Sequence record: NC_049383.1
Length of the DNA stretch: 64,000 bases
Direction: 5' to 3' (one strand)
Shown piece after piece: positions 38,228 to 48,615 of this stretch. Position numbers and translations under genes: made by a program. Position 1 is the stretch's first letter. Each line of letters starts with the position of its first letter. Below the pieces are notes generated by a model. It saw only the letters and a list, made by a program, of their open reading frames with translations. It was not told the origin of the DNA and searched no databases.

Positions 38228-38719
38228 TTATTCTTGAATTTCAGAGTTTATGCGGTCTAAATACTCGTTTTCAAACTCCCAATCATCATTTCCAGTATTG
38301 AAAACTGTTGAAGCCTTTGTGAGAACAAGTAAAGCCATATCTTGAAGTTTCTTTTCAAATTCCCATAAATCATCATCTGTAAAAGGAACAGTTAACTTAA
38401 TAGCTTGATATGATAAGTTATACTCTTCTTTACCAATAGATTTAATCTGAACTCTATCTTTTTGGTCAATAACCTCGACAAAGTTTATATATTTAACCTC
38501 TTGTGTAATAATTTCATTACCAAACCCATCTATTTCGACTTTATCGACAAAAATAGGTTTGTTTTCGTTTAATCTAACACGTTCAGTTAATATGTGATAG
38601 TACTTTTTGTTATTTCTTGTGTGAACATTTGTTATTGTTCGTCTCAATCTACATGGATTTCCGTCAAAATCAACATCCACGTTTTTATTCGTTATAATTC
38701 TAGAAGGAATAAATGACAT
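38228..38719 (-). CDS. hypothetical protein (163 aa), possibly tail-fibre associated
   Basis: Directly downstream of the giant fibre gene; function from position only. Confidence 0.7.
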   Translation of the reverse strand: MSFIPSRIITNKNVDVDFDGNPCRLRRTITNVHTRNNKKYYHILTERVRLNENKPIFVDKVEIDGFGNEIITQEVKYINFVEVIDQKDRVQIKSIGKEEYNLSYQAIKLTVPFTDDDLWEFEKKLQDMALLVLTKASTVFNTGNDDWEFENEYLDRINSEIQE

Positions 38720-38733
38720 ATTTTTGTGTTTTT

Positions 38734-38759
38734 AAAAGCGGGGCTTTGAAACCCCGCTT
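38734..38759 (-). terminator. intrinsic terminator
   Basis: aagcgggg-ctttgaaa-ccccgctt just after the fibre gene stop. Confidence 0.8.
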
Positions 38760-38771
38760 GGTTTATATTAT

Positions 38772-41700
38772 TTATAGTATGTTTGTAAATCTTGTATCAT
38801 TATTTACAATCTCTCTACCATCAGCATAATTTGCATTAACAGCGTTGTGCATTATCTTACCGTTATTTACTAAAGCTTTAACAGTATATGCATCAGCAGT
38901 AGCATCAGGTGAAGCCTGTAAAAGATAAGTTGCTGTATTAACCATTAAGAACTTATTAGTTCCCCTAAATTCAATTACAGGGTTTGTTCTAGTAATTGGA
39001 TAATTATTAACACTATCAGCATCAACGATAATTGCATTTGTCGCATTCGCACTTTCAAAATCAACATTCTCAATAATTAATCTTAATGGGTCATACAAAG
39101 TTCCTGAATAATCACGTTGACCAAATCTAGTTCTTGCAACTCTAGCATTAACACTATCATTTTTATAAACTAAATCTTTTAAGTGTACAAAAGACTTATC
39201 GAAATCACCAGTTGTTCCCCTAGTTTGGTCTTGACAATCAAACAAATAACGTGTATTGTTTGTAGATTCTATATAACCAGTAGCAGTAAAATGCAATCTA
39301 AAGAAACTGTTTGTATGTAATAAAATACCCGCGTTTATATGGTCTATAGTACCATGCATTTTAAAGTTAAAAATACCACTTTGTAAACCATTAAAAACTC
39401 TAAAATCGTGGAAATTAGTACCACCTTTTATATCACCCAATTCAATATTAAATGTACCACCATACTTTACAGAATAATCACCATTTGTCATTGCAATAGG
39501 GCTTAAACCACAGTTATTAAATAAAACAACATATCCACCAGTAACACCAGTTACGTCAACTTCACCGATATTGAAATTATAAGTTCCGATTTGACCCTCT
39601 CTAGGAGCGTGCTGAATCATGTATAAAGACGATGATGTTGTTTGTGTACAAATTAATTTCCCAATAGTTAAATTAATTTCATCAAAACCAAATCCTGACA
39701 TTATACCTTGACCGCCTAAATCTCTATTAATTTCATATTCTGCAACATTTACATTAACAATATTTATCTTGCTATCATCACCACTTGTTGCCATTGTGAT
39801 AGGATTATTATTACCCGCACCACCTGTAACATTTCTAACCTTCTTAGCTATAATATCTATACTATCATACATTTTTAAACTCTTAGGTGATAAAACCTCA
39901 ATAATACCATCATTTATTAATATTTTACTATCATAAAGATTTGTATTTGTTTCAATTCTTAATGTTACAGGACTACTAGATTGAATTGTTATACCTCTAT
40001 AGTTATAAGACTCATCATTATTAATTGTAAACGTGTTATTATTACCAACTAATATAATTTTGAAATCAGAATAATCATACTTAGTTGTATTCGTTCTAAT
40101 CTCATCTAAAACATCATTAATATCATTGAAGTATTTATTAATGTTACCAAAAGCAGGTGTATGTGTAATCGCGCCCGATTTTACGATAGCAAAATTACCA
40201 TCATTAGGAACATTTTCTAAATATTCAACAGTAACTAAATGTTTATCTTCTGTTATTTCCGAAACACTAGCATTAGACTTAAAAACACCATCAGAATAAA
40301 CTTCTGTAACAATATTATCACCTAAAACAACTTGATTTGATTTAGTTGGTTGTGCATTATGACCGATTGCCGTTGAATTTTGGAACGAATATAATAAACT
40401 AAATGTATGTGTACCCGAACCTATACTATTAATCGTATTATCAACAAACTCAAATGTATTTGCATCAATAATCTCAATTCTTATTGGAACAGATGGTGAT
40501 AAACCACTTATAGAAGTACCACCACTACTAACAGAATATTGAATCAAAGTAACAGAGCCATTAGCACCGAAACCATGTGAATTTATAGTTATTCTATCAT
40601 TAGCAATATCAATATCTGTATTATTATCAGCAATACTTTTATCATTATATGTTATGATATCATTAAATGCATCTTGACCAAGTGCTGTATTAGAATCACC
40701 TACGGCATATTTTAATGAATTTCTACCTATAGCAGTATTGTTATTACCTGTTGACCTTTCACCTGCATTAGAACCTATTGCAATACCATATTCGTTTGAT
40801 GAGTAAGCACCTGAACTATAACCAATACTTATAGATTGTTGACCCTTATTAGAGTAACCCGCATTATTACCAATACCAATCAAATAATTCGCATCAGCAC
40901 TAAATATTGAAGCTGAACCGATACCAATACCTGCATAAGAGTTAGCATCACGACCAGCATGATAACCAACTAATGTTGCACTTTGACCTGTGTTATTTCT
41001 ACCTGCTTGATATCCGATACCAATAGTATATGCAACAGTATTATAATATATTGATTGGAAACCAATACCTATAGAACCTGTACCTGTATTATTCCCACCT
41101 GATTGATAACCAATACCTATAGCATTTTGACCCGAATTGGAAAATAGTGATTGATGTCCTATACCAATAGAGTTACTACCTGTATTACTTTGAGCTGATG
41201 AACCACCAATCGCAACAACATTATCAGCAGAATTTGCATAAAGTGCTGAACTACCAATACCTATAGAATTGTGACCAGTATTATTAACACCTGATGAACC
41301 ACCAATTGCAACAGCATAATTACCTGTGTTATTTTGTAACGCATAATCACCAATACCAGTACCACCTAAACCTTTACTTCCACTCAATGCTTCAAGTCCT
41401 AAACCAACTCCCGAAGTACTACCCCAAGAAGAACCATTCCAGTATTCTGATTGGAAACGCAACCTAATTTCATTATTTTTAACTCTTAAAGGTGCGTAGT
41501 GTCTAGCAAAATTCGTTCTTTCAGTAATATTATTTGATAATAAATATCTATCACCTAAATTAACATCATTTATAGCACCAGTATAAGGTACTGCATCATT
41601 AGATGTGACAAATCCTTGGTCATTCTCAAAACTAGATAATGAATCAATTTGTTTCCAAGTTAAAACCTCAACTTCATCACCATTATCTAACTTATATTTA

Positions 41701-44700
41701 ACTAAACTATCATCAGAAGTGTTTTCTACTTTGATTGTTTGTAACGTCATTGGTTCACTTGTGTAACCAACAAAGTTAGTTGTAGTAGTATTTGATGTTA
41801 TTAAACTTCCACTACTTGAAACAGTATGTAAACTTTCGAATAATGTATAATTATAAGTAGAACCATAACCAGTATTAGGTATAACTAAACTATTGCTGTC
41901 AATTTTCCAAGTTCTCCAATCAGGTAATGTAACACCTACATTAGTTTCAAAGAACTCATATAATCTCTTAAACCAAACTTTAGGGTCTTCGGTATTTGAA
42001 TAAATTTCACCTGTTTCTGTACCGTATGTAAAATCTGTTGCGCTAGAACCACCATGTAAGAAATAATCTGTACCATTATAAACAAATCCAGTAACTGCAT
42101 AATTTGATGATTTATTCATGTTAGTTGTAATAACATTAGTATCACCCATATCATAATGAACACCTGTAGATTCACCTATTAAAGCATTAGTATCTTTAAC
42201 ACTAGTTGATGGTAACATATCATTTTCAGATAATGTAGCTGAATTTGTAATGTTACCAAACCTTTTGGTGGTAAATGTTATATTTTCATATAAATCATCT
42301 ATATATGATGTTACATTTGTTGAAAAACTTGAAGGTGTGAAAGTTAATCTTTCGACAACAACTTGTGAATATGCATCTAGTGCGTCTGTTGTTGTGTTTA
42401 TATTTATACACAAATATGTTAAACCATTCCATGTTGATAATGTACCATTAAATTGACCTATTTCAAGTATGTAATTTGTATTACTACTTGTTAATAAAAT
42501 AGCATTAGCATCACTTACTGTAACAGATGGTGTACTTTCATTCATCGAAACAGCGAACTTAGTACTGAATTTAACAGGGTGATTTCCAGTTTGGTTACTA
42601 AATACACTAAAATCAACCTCAAATTTTCCACCAGTTGTTAATGTTAATGGAATTAAAATCATAGGCGAATTGTTCGAGGCAACTGACGTATCTTGAAAAA
42701 CACTATTTTTTGGAATCATACTAAATTTATTAGTTAATGGCTTCCAAATATTTTTACCACCGTTTGCTAAAACAAATTCTCTCGTTGCTAAATGTTTATC
42801 ATCAGTTATTTCAGCTATCTCAACATTAGATTTGAATAATCCCTCAGAATAAACCTCTTCTGTAAAATCACCACCCAAAACAACTTGATTTGACTTTGTT
42901 GGTTTCGAACGGAAACCAAGTGCAACAGAATTAGTTATTTTTAATTGAGGTATCAATGTTAAATCACCAGTACCTGCATCGTTCATAACATGATTTTTAA
43001 ACTCTAAAGTATTAGCATCTATGATTTCCATTGGGAAAACTGTAGTTGAGTTTAAACCACTTGGGAATGTTCCCGCAGTAGTAAACTTAACCAAAATTGT
43101 TTTACCTGTAGAACCTAAACCATGTGATGTAACTGTTAACCTTTCATTTGCATGGTCGATATTAGCATTCGAAATAACTTTATGGTTTGTTGTATCTTCG
43201 GTAAATTCATACCAAGCCTCGTGACCGATAAATGTATTACTTGAACCCTCAACATATCGTCCACTTCTATAACCTATACCAATATTATTATCACCGACAT
43301 TCTTTTCCAAAGATTGTTCACCCATACCTATCGTATTATCACCCAAGTTAGTAGCACCTGCGGTATAACCGATAAATATAGCTCTATCACCTGTATTATT
43401 TTGACCTGTATATGAACCTATACCAACAAATCTAAGACCTGTATTATTTTGTCCTGAATAATCACCTATAAATGTTGAGTTAGAACCACTATTACTAAAA
43501 CCTGCACTTTCACCAATACCTATAGAATTACTTGCGGTGTTATCATGTAAAGCCCTAGAACCTAAAGCGATTACAAAATTAGAGTTATTATTCATACCTG
43601 CTCTATAACCGAATCCTAAAACAGTAGTACCAGTATTTCCTTTTAATGCATCATGTCCTATACCGTTTACATAATTTCCAGTATTAGATTGCCCTGATTG
43701 ATATCCAACAAATACGCTACTTGTACCCGTGTTATTTGCACCCGCAGAACCACCGATAGCAACTAAATAACCACCAGTATTATTAGTACCTGCATTAACA
43801 CCCATACCAGTAGCTCTTAAACCAGTATTATTTCTTAATACATTATGTCCGAATCCTGAAACTTCTATACCTGAATTACTTTCTAAAGCCCAGTTACCAA
43901 AACCTGCAACATTAGAACCTGTATTATTCTTTAGTGCTTGATACCCATATGCATTTGAATCACCACCTGTGTTATTCATTGCAGATTCTATACCGTAAGC
44001 ACTAACCCTAGCACCTTTATTATTTAAAAGTGTATTCTGTCCTATACCATACGCCAACGCATTAACCCAAGATGAACCACCCCAGTATTTGTTTTGTACT
44101 CTAAAAGGAACTACATCATTAACCGTGAAAGGTTCGAAATGTATTGCTGTATCATTTATAAAGTTTGAATTATTTGAATTTAGAATATTTTCACCTAAAT
44201 CTAAATTTTGATTTGAACCATGTGATTTGTTGAATAAATCTGTTAATTGTAATTCATTCTCAACACTAACTTCTAAACCATCATCAAGCTTATATGTAAT
44301 ACTATTATCTTTTTTATTTAAAATTTTAGTTACTAAACCTCTTATTCTTTCTGTCTCGAATATGTTATTAGAACCATCAGTACCAATACTTTCAACCAAT
44401 GAATTTGCTGTATTTTTTGTTGATATCTTGGTTAATAATGACATATCAGCAGTAACACCAAAACCACTAGAAGGAATTTTTAATGTATTTCCGTCAACTT
44501 TCCAATATCTCCAATCAGGTAACTTTAAACCTGTTTTGGTTTCAAATACTTCATAGAACTTAGCAAACCAATATTCTGTATCATCTGTATTTGGATATAA
44601 TTCACCAACATGAGTATCATATCTAAATGTTGTTACTGTTCCACTTGGTAAAACGTGGGTTACACCATTATATTCAAAAGAAACTAAAGCATTACCTAAT

Positions 44701-47700
44701 GACTTATAAATATTAAAGTCTCTAGTATCAATATTTTCTAAACTTTGATAATATCCATCTGTTAAAATCTTTGTTTCAACAGTATCATTACTATTTGATT
44801 CTAAATACTCAATAGTAACTAAATGTTTAGGGTCTGATATTTCATTAACATCAGCTTCTGATTTAAAAACACCATATGAATATACTTCATCAACATTTGC
44901 ATCACCTAACATTACTTGATTAGATTTCGTTGCGTAAGAATTAGCACCTAAAGATGTTGTGTTTGTAAATTCTTTTAATGTTTCGAATTGATGTGTTGAA
45001 CCACTAGTACCTGCACTAGATAGTGTAAATGTTACTGGTCTTAAAGTATTAGCATCAATAACCTCAAATTGTGATATTGTACCACTAGATGAGTGAGGAA
45101 TACCAATATTATCAGAGCCAACAATTCTCTTATATCTCAAATAAACAATCCTAGATATAGAACCTAGACCGTGACCAGTTATTGTAATTAAATTATTACT
45201 TACATCAAAATCATTAGTGTTGTTTGTCGTAAATGTGTTTTCTGTAATAAAATCAGACATTGAACCATACCCAATTGCTGTATTTGTGTCTGAACCTTCA
45301 TTTAAGTATGTCAATGTATGAGAACCAATAGCAACATTATTATTAGATAAAGACCACCATGATGAGCTATGACCAATACCAATATTGTTTGAACCTGTAG
45401 CTCTGTTTAAAACACTATGACCGATACCAATACTCTGTGTTGCAGAACCACCATTATCAGACATTACATTATAACCTAAAGCAACATTGAAATTCCCTTG
45501 GTTACCATATAAAGACCTATAACCTAAACCAGTATTACTACTACCTGTATTACCTCTACCACTTTCATGACCTATGAAAGTAGAATTAACACCACTATTT
45601 GTATAACCTGCTCTATAACCAACCGCAACTAATCTACTACCTGAGTTACTAAATCCTGCCGAAGCACCATATGCTACTGTTTGAACACCTGAGTTAGAAG
45701 AACCTGCACTATGACCAACAAATGTACTTTGATTTCCAGTATTTGCATTACCCGCATTAGTACCTATTCCGATACTACTGTCACCATTATTGTTAGACAT
45801 TGCATAATTACCGATAGCAATAACAGAATCACCACTATTTGAGTGTGCTGAATTTTCACCAATCCCGATACCACTAGGCGCGCTAGTATTAATTAAAGCA
45901 TTATTACCCAATCCGATACCATTAGTTGTAGCCCAATCTGAACCATTCCAATATTCTCTTTGGAATCTCAAATAGTTTGGCGCACCATTATATAAGAATG
46001 GTACAAAATATTTAGATTTGGTAGAAACCTCTTCAATATAACCCAATTCAAGTTCTTGTGTTCCTAAATTAAGTTTTTGTGTTGCCCCAGTATATGGAAC
46101 ACCTTTATCTTCAAAATATTCTTTAGAAATCAAATGTTTATCTTCTGTTATTTCTGTAACATCAGCATTTGACTTGAATACACCTTGTGAATATACTTCA
46201 TTAATATTCTCATCACCCAACATTATTTGATTGGATTTTGTGAAATTAGAGTTTGCGCCTAAAGCTGTTGAATTTTCTATAACAAATTGAGCAGTTAATG
46301 TGTGAGTACCAGTATTATCACCTGTAGATGTTATACCATTAGCATTTAAAAACTCAATAGTATTTGCATCAATAATTTCAAATGTATTTGCTTCTGAATC
46401 ATTATTAAAATAAACAGTTAAACCACCGATAGCAGTTCCACCACCACTTAAATTATATTTTAAATTCACAATATCACCAACATTACCAAAACCATGTGAT
46501 GTAATTGTAATTCTATTCGTAGCAACATCAACATCTGTGGTTACATCATTTATTTGTTTTTCAGTTGATGCGTCTGTATTGAAATCACCAACCGAATTGT
46601 AACCAATAGCTGTGTTATTATTGAATGTGTTATATCTAAGTGTATTAGCACCTATACCTAAAGTATTAGCACCTTTATTATCTTTTAATGATTTGAAACC
46701 TATACCAATCGAATATTCACCAGTATTCCTATGCGCAGTCCAGTAACCAATACCAATACTATGTAAACCAGTATTTGAATAACCTGTTGTGTCACCTATA
46801 AAAACACCACCATTTGCAGTATTATCATGACCTGCTTGATACCCAAGTAATGTTGCACCAACCCCTGAGTTATTAACACCAGTTGCATACCCTGATATTA
46901 AAGATTGTGAACCTGTATTGTTTTGACCTGCCGCATAACCAATACCAACGACTCTATGACCCGTGTTATTAAATAAAACACCATTACCAATACCTACAGT
47001 ATCATCCCCTTGATTTTGACCACCCGCATTTATACCAATACCTAAAAATCTATAACCTTTATTGGCATTACCTGAACCACTACCAATTAAAAATGACTCA
47101 GAAGGATGCCAAGCACCAATCACAAACCTTTCTTTTTGTGTTTTAATTATATCAGTTCCATTAGAAAGTATAACTTTATTAAACCTAGCTGTGTTTAATA
47201 CTTCAACTTCTTTACCCGCATCCAAATAGTTATCACCTAATACAACATTATCTTTAGCACCTGTATATGGTACAGCATCACCTTCTTGTAAATACTCAAT
47301 ATCTTGCTCTAAGTGTGATAATTTAGTTATCAAACTCCACTCTGTAGGAGTTGGCTCTATTTTATAATCACCTTTAAAGAACTCCCTTGTAATTGTACCA
47401 TTATTATCCTCAACTTTCATCAAGGCTATTAAATTAGTTTCAATAGATTCGTATGTTGATACATTATCATCTTGGAATGACGGAATTGATTGTTGAACAC
47501 CATCATATATATTCACACTACCCATTAATGAAAAATCAACAGTAGAACCGTAACCACCTTTAGGCATTATAATTATAGTATTATTAGATTGGTCGTTAGA
47601 CCATGTTTCCCAATGAGGTAGTCTAACACCTGTTTTTAATAAGAAAATGTCATAGAATCCCTTAAATATGTCTTTTGCATCAATGCTTGTACCGTATTGA

Positions 47701-48461
47701 ACTTCACCAGTATTCTCCCCAATAGTAACATCAAATAAACTAGAACCATCATGTGTTATATATTGTGTACCATCATAAGTAAAACCAACGATAGCACCAT
47801 CTGAAATAGCACTAGGTACTGATAGTTTAAAAACATCTAAATTTAAAGCTATTACTTTATAATCTTCTAAAACAACAGTTTCCTCGTATTTGTCAATAAA
47901 TGTAAATGTTTGCTCTTCTGCAACACTAACACCACCATCAGCATCGATAACTAAACGTCTATTTGCATTACCTTCACCAAATTCAGAATCTAATTTTTTA
48001 TCAATATCACTTTTCAAATCAGAAGCAGTACCTTCATAAGTACCTTTATCCAATTTATTACCAATTTCATTGATATTATTGATTTGCTCTGCTGTTAAAT
48101 TAACATCATTTGAAATTACGTTCCAATCTGAACCATCATATAATTTAAGGCTTTTATCACTTAAATCATACCATAATGACCCAATTGCTAAATTCGTTGT
48201 CGGTGCTGTGTTTGAATAGTACACAACACTTGATGAATTTGAATCATCTTGCGCATCCTCAATATCCTGTAAATCGGCTATTTTAGTAAGAGTACCCATG
48301 ATGTTAAGGTAAATACCATCATTAACTACATATCCGAATAAAGCGTCTTCATTAAGCTCTTGTGTAGCCTCTTCAACGCTTCCGAATCTTTGTAATTTTT
48401 GACCAATAATAGTACCTTTTTTCTGTAGGTTTATGTCTTGACCTGTTTTAATTTGTTTCAT
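38772..48461 (-). CDS. giant modular tail fibre / adhesin (3229 aa)
   Basis: Four arrays of 14-residue GxxAGxxNTGxxxxxIG repeats (YadA/Hia head-like), each followed by ITSHG and TKSNQxxLGD...KHL segments; unique N- and C-terminal domains. Confidence 0.85.
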   Translation of the reverse strand: MKQIKTGQDINLQKKGTIIGQKLQRFGSVEEATQELNEDALFGYVVNDGIYLNIMGTLTKIADLQDIEDAQDDSNSSSVVYYSNTAPTTNLAIGSLWYDLSDKSLKLYDGSDWNVISNDVNLTAEQINNINEIGNKLDKGTYEGTASDLKSDIDKKLDSEFGEGNANRRLVIDADGGVSVAEEQTFTFIDKYEETVVLEDYKVIALNLDVFKLSVPSAISDGAIVGFTYDGTQYITHDGSSLFDVTIGENTGEVQYGTSIDAKDIFKGFYDIFLLKTGVRLPHWETWSNDQSNNTIIIMPKGGYGSTVDFSLMGSVNIYDGVQQSIPSFQDDNVSTYESIETNLIALMKVEDNNGTITREFFKGDYKIEPTPTEWSLITKLSHLEQDIEYLQEGDAVPYTGAKDNVVLGDNYLDAGKEVEVLNTARFNKVILSNGTDIIKTQKERFVIGAWHPSESFLIGSGSGNANKGYRFLGIGINAGGQNQGDDTVGIGNGVLFNNTGHRVVGIGYAAGQNNTGSQSLISGYATGVNNSGVGATLLGYQAGHDNTANGGVFIGDTTGYSNTGLHSIGIGYWTAHRNTGEYSIGIGFKSLKDNKGANTLGIGANTLRYNTFNNNTAIGYNSVGDFNTDASTEKQINDVTTDVDVATNRITITSHGFGNVGDIVNLKYNLSGGGTAIGGLTVYFNNDSEANTFEIIDANTIEFLNANGITSTGDNTGTHTLTAQFVIENSTALGANSNFTKSNQIMLGDENINEVYSQGVFKSNADVTEITEDKHLISKEYFEDKGVPYTGATQKLNLGTQELELGYIEEVSTKSKYFVPFLYNGAPNYLRFQREYWNGSDWATTNGIGLGNNALINTSAPSGIGIGENSAHSNSGDSVIAIGNYAMSNNNGDSSIGIGTNAGNANTGNQSTFVGHSAGSSNSGVQTVAYGASAGFSNSGSRLVAVGYRAGYTNSGVNSTFIGHESGRGNTGSSNTGLGYRSLYGNQGNFNVALGYNVMSDNGGSATQSIGIGHSVLNRATGSNNIGIGHSSSWWSLSNNNVAIGSHTLTYLNEGSDTNTAIGYGSMSDFITENTFTTNNTNDFDVSNNLITITGHGLGSISRIVYLRYKRIVGSDNIGIPHSSSGTISQFEVIDANTLRPVTFTLSSAGTSGSTHQFETLKEFTNTTSLGANSYATKSNQVMLGDANVDEVYSYGVFKSEADVNEISDPKHLVTIEYLESNSNDTVETKILTDGYYQSLENIDTRDFNIYKSLGNALVSFEYNGVTHVLPSGTVTTFRYDTHVGELYPNTDDTEYWFAKFYEVFETKTGLKLPDWRYWKVDGNTLKIPSSGFGVTADMSLLTKISTKNTANSLVESIGTDGSNNIFETERIRGLVTKILNKKDNSITYKLDDGLEVSVENELQLTDLFNKSHGSNQNLDLGENILNSNNSNFINDTAIHFEPFTVNDVVPFRVQNKYWGGSSWVNALAYGIGQNTLLNNKGARVSAYGIESAMNNTGGDSNAYGYQALKNNTGSNVAGFGNWALESNSGIEVSGFGHNVLRNNTGLRATGMGVNAGTNNTGGYLVAIGGSAGANNTGTSSVFVGYQSGQSNTGNYVNGIGHDALKGNTGTTVLGFGYRAGMNNNSNFVIALGSRALHDNTASNSIGIGESAGFSNSGSNSTFIGDYSGQNNTGLRFVGIGSYTGQNNTGDRAIFIGYTAGATNLGDNTIGMGEQSLEKNVGDNNIGIGYRSGRYVEGSSNTFIGHEAWYEFTEDTTNHKVISNANIDHANERLTVTSHGLGSTGKTILVKFTTAGTFPSGLNSTTVFPMEIIDANTLEFKNHVMNDAGTGDLTLIPQLKITNSVALGFRSKPTKSNQVVLGGDFTEEVYSEGLFKSNVEIAEITDDKHLATREFVLANGGKNIWKPLTNKFSMIPKNSVFQDTSVASNNSPMILIPLTLTTGGKFEVDFSVFSNQTGNHPVKFSTKFAVSMNESTPSVTVSDANAILLTSSNTNYILEIGQFNGTLSTWNGLTYLCININTTTDALDAYSQVVVERLTFTPSSFSTNVTSYIDDLYENITFTTKRFGNITNSATLSENDMLPSTSVKDTNALIGESTGVHYDMGDTNVITTNMNKSSNYAVTGFVYNGTDYFLHGGSSATDFTYGTETGEIYSNTEDPKVWFKRLYEFFETNVGVTLPDWRTWKIDSNSLVIPNTGYGSTYNYTLFESLHTVSSSGSLITSNTTTTNFVGYTSEPMTLQTIKVENTSDDSLVKYKLDNGDEVEVLTWKQIDSLSSFENDQGFVTSNDAVPYTGAINDVNLGDRYLLSNNITERTNFARHYAPLRVKNNEIRLRFQSEYWNGSSWGSTSGVGLGLEALSGSKGLGGTGIGDYALQNNTGNYAVAIGGSSGVNNTGHNSIGIGSSALYANSADNVVAIGGSSAQSNTGSNSIGIGHQSLFSNSGQNAIGIGYQSGGNNTGTGSIGIGFQSIYYNTVAYTIGIGYQAGRNNTGQSATLVGYHAGRDANSYAGIGIGSASIFSADANYLIGIGNNAGYSNKGQQSISIGYSSGAYSSNEYGIAIGSNAGERSTGNNNTAIGRNSLKYAVGDSNTALGQDAFNDIITYNDKSIADNNTDIDIANDRITINSHGFGANGSVTLIQYSVSSGGTSISGLSPSVPIRIEIIDANTFEFVDNTINSIGSGTHTFSLLYSFQNSTAIGHNAQPTKSNQVVLGDNIVTEVYSDGVFKSNASVSEITEDKHLVTVEYLENVPNDGNFAIVKSGAITHTPAFGNINKYFNDINDVLDEIRTNTTKYDYSDFKIILVGNNNTFTINNDESYNYRGITIQSSSPVTLRIETNTNLYDSKILINDGIIEVLSPKSLKMYDSIDIIAKKVRNVTGGAGNNNPITMATSGDDSKINIVNVNVAEYEINRDLGGQGIMSGFGFDEINLTIGKLICTQTTSSSLYMIQHAPREGQIGTYNFNIGEVDVTGVTGGYVVLFNNCGLSPIAMTNGDYSVKYGGTFNIELGDIKGGTNFHDFRVFNGLQSGIFNFKMHGTIDHINAGILLHTNSFFRLHFTATGYIESTNNTRYLFDCQDQTRGTTGDFDKSFVHLKDLVYKNDSVNARVARTRFGQRDYSGTLYDPLRLIIENVDFESANATNAIIVDADSVNNYPITRTNPVIEFRGTNKFLMVNTATYLLQASPDATADAYTVKALVNNGKIMHNAVNANYADGREIVNNDTRFTNIL

Positions 48462-48561
48462 ATTAAAATATATGTTTAATTTGTTAAAACTTTTTGAAAT
48501 ATTTAAGTATTTCTGTTAGTTTATATATCGTTTCAAGCCAAAAATATTGACTTTTAGGAAT

Positions 48562-48594
48562 AAAAAAAGTTGCATCATTTGATGCAACTTTTTT
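48562..48594. terminator. intrinsic terminator after the capsid gene
   Basis: aaaaaaagttgcatca-ttt-gatgcaactttttt. Confidence 0.85.
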
Positions 48595-48615
48595 AATATT
48601 AGTGTTTTAGTTAGA

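Noticed and set aside
38772-48461. Diversity-generating retroelement target in the tail fibre
   Set aside because: No reverse transcriptase in the window and no near-identical template/variable repeat pair differing only at adenines; fibre modules are broadly diverged.
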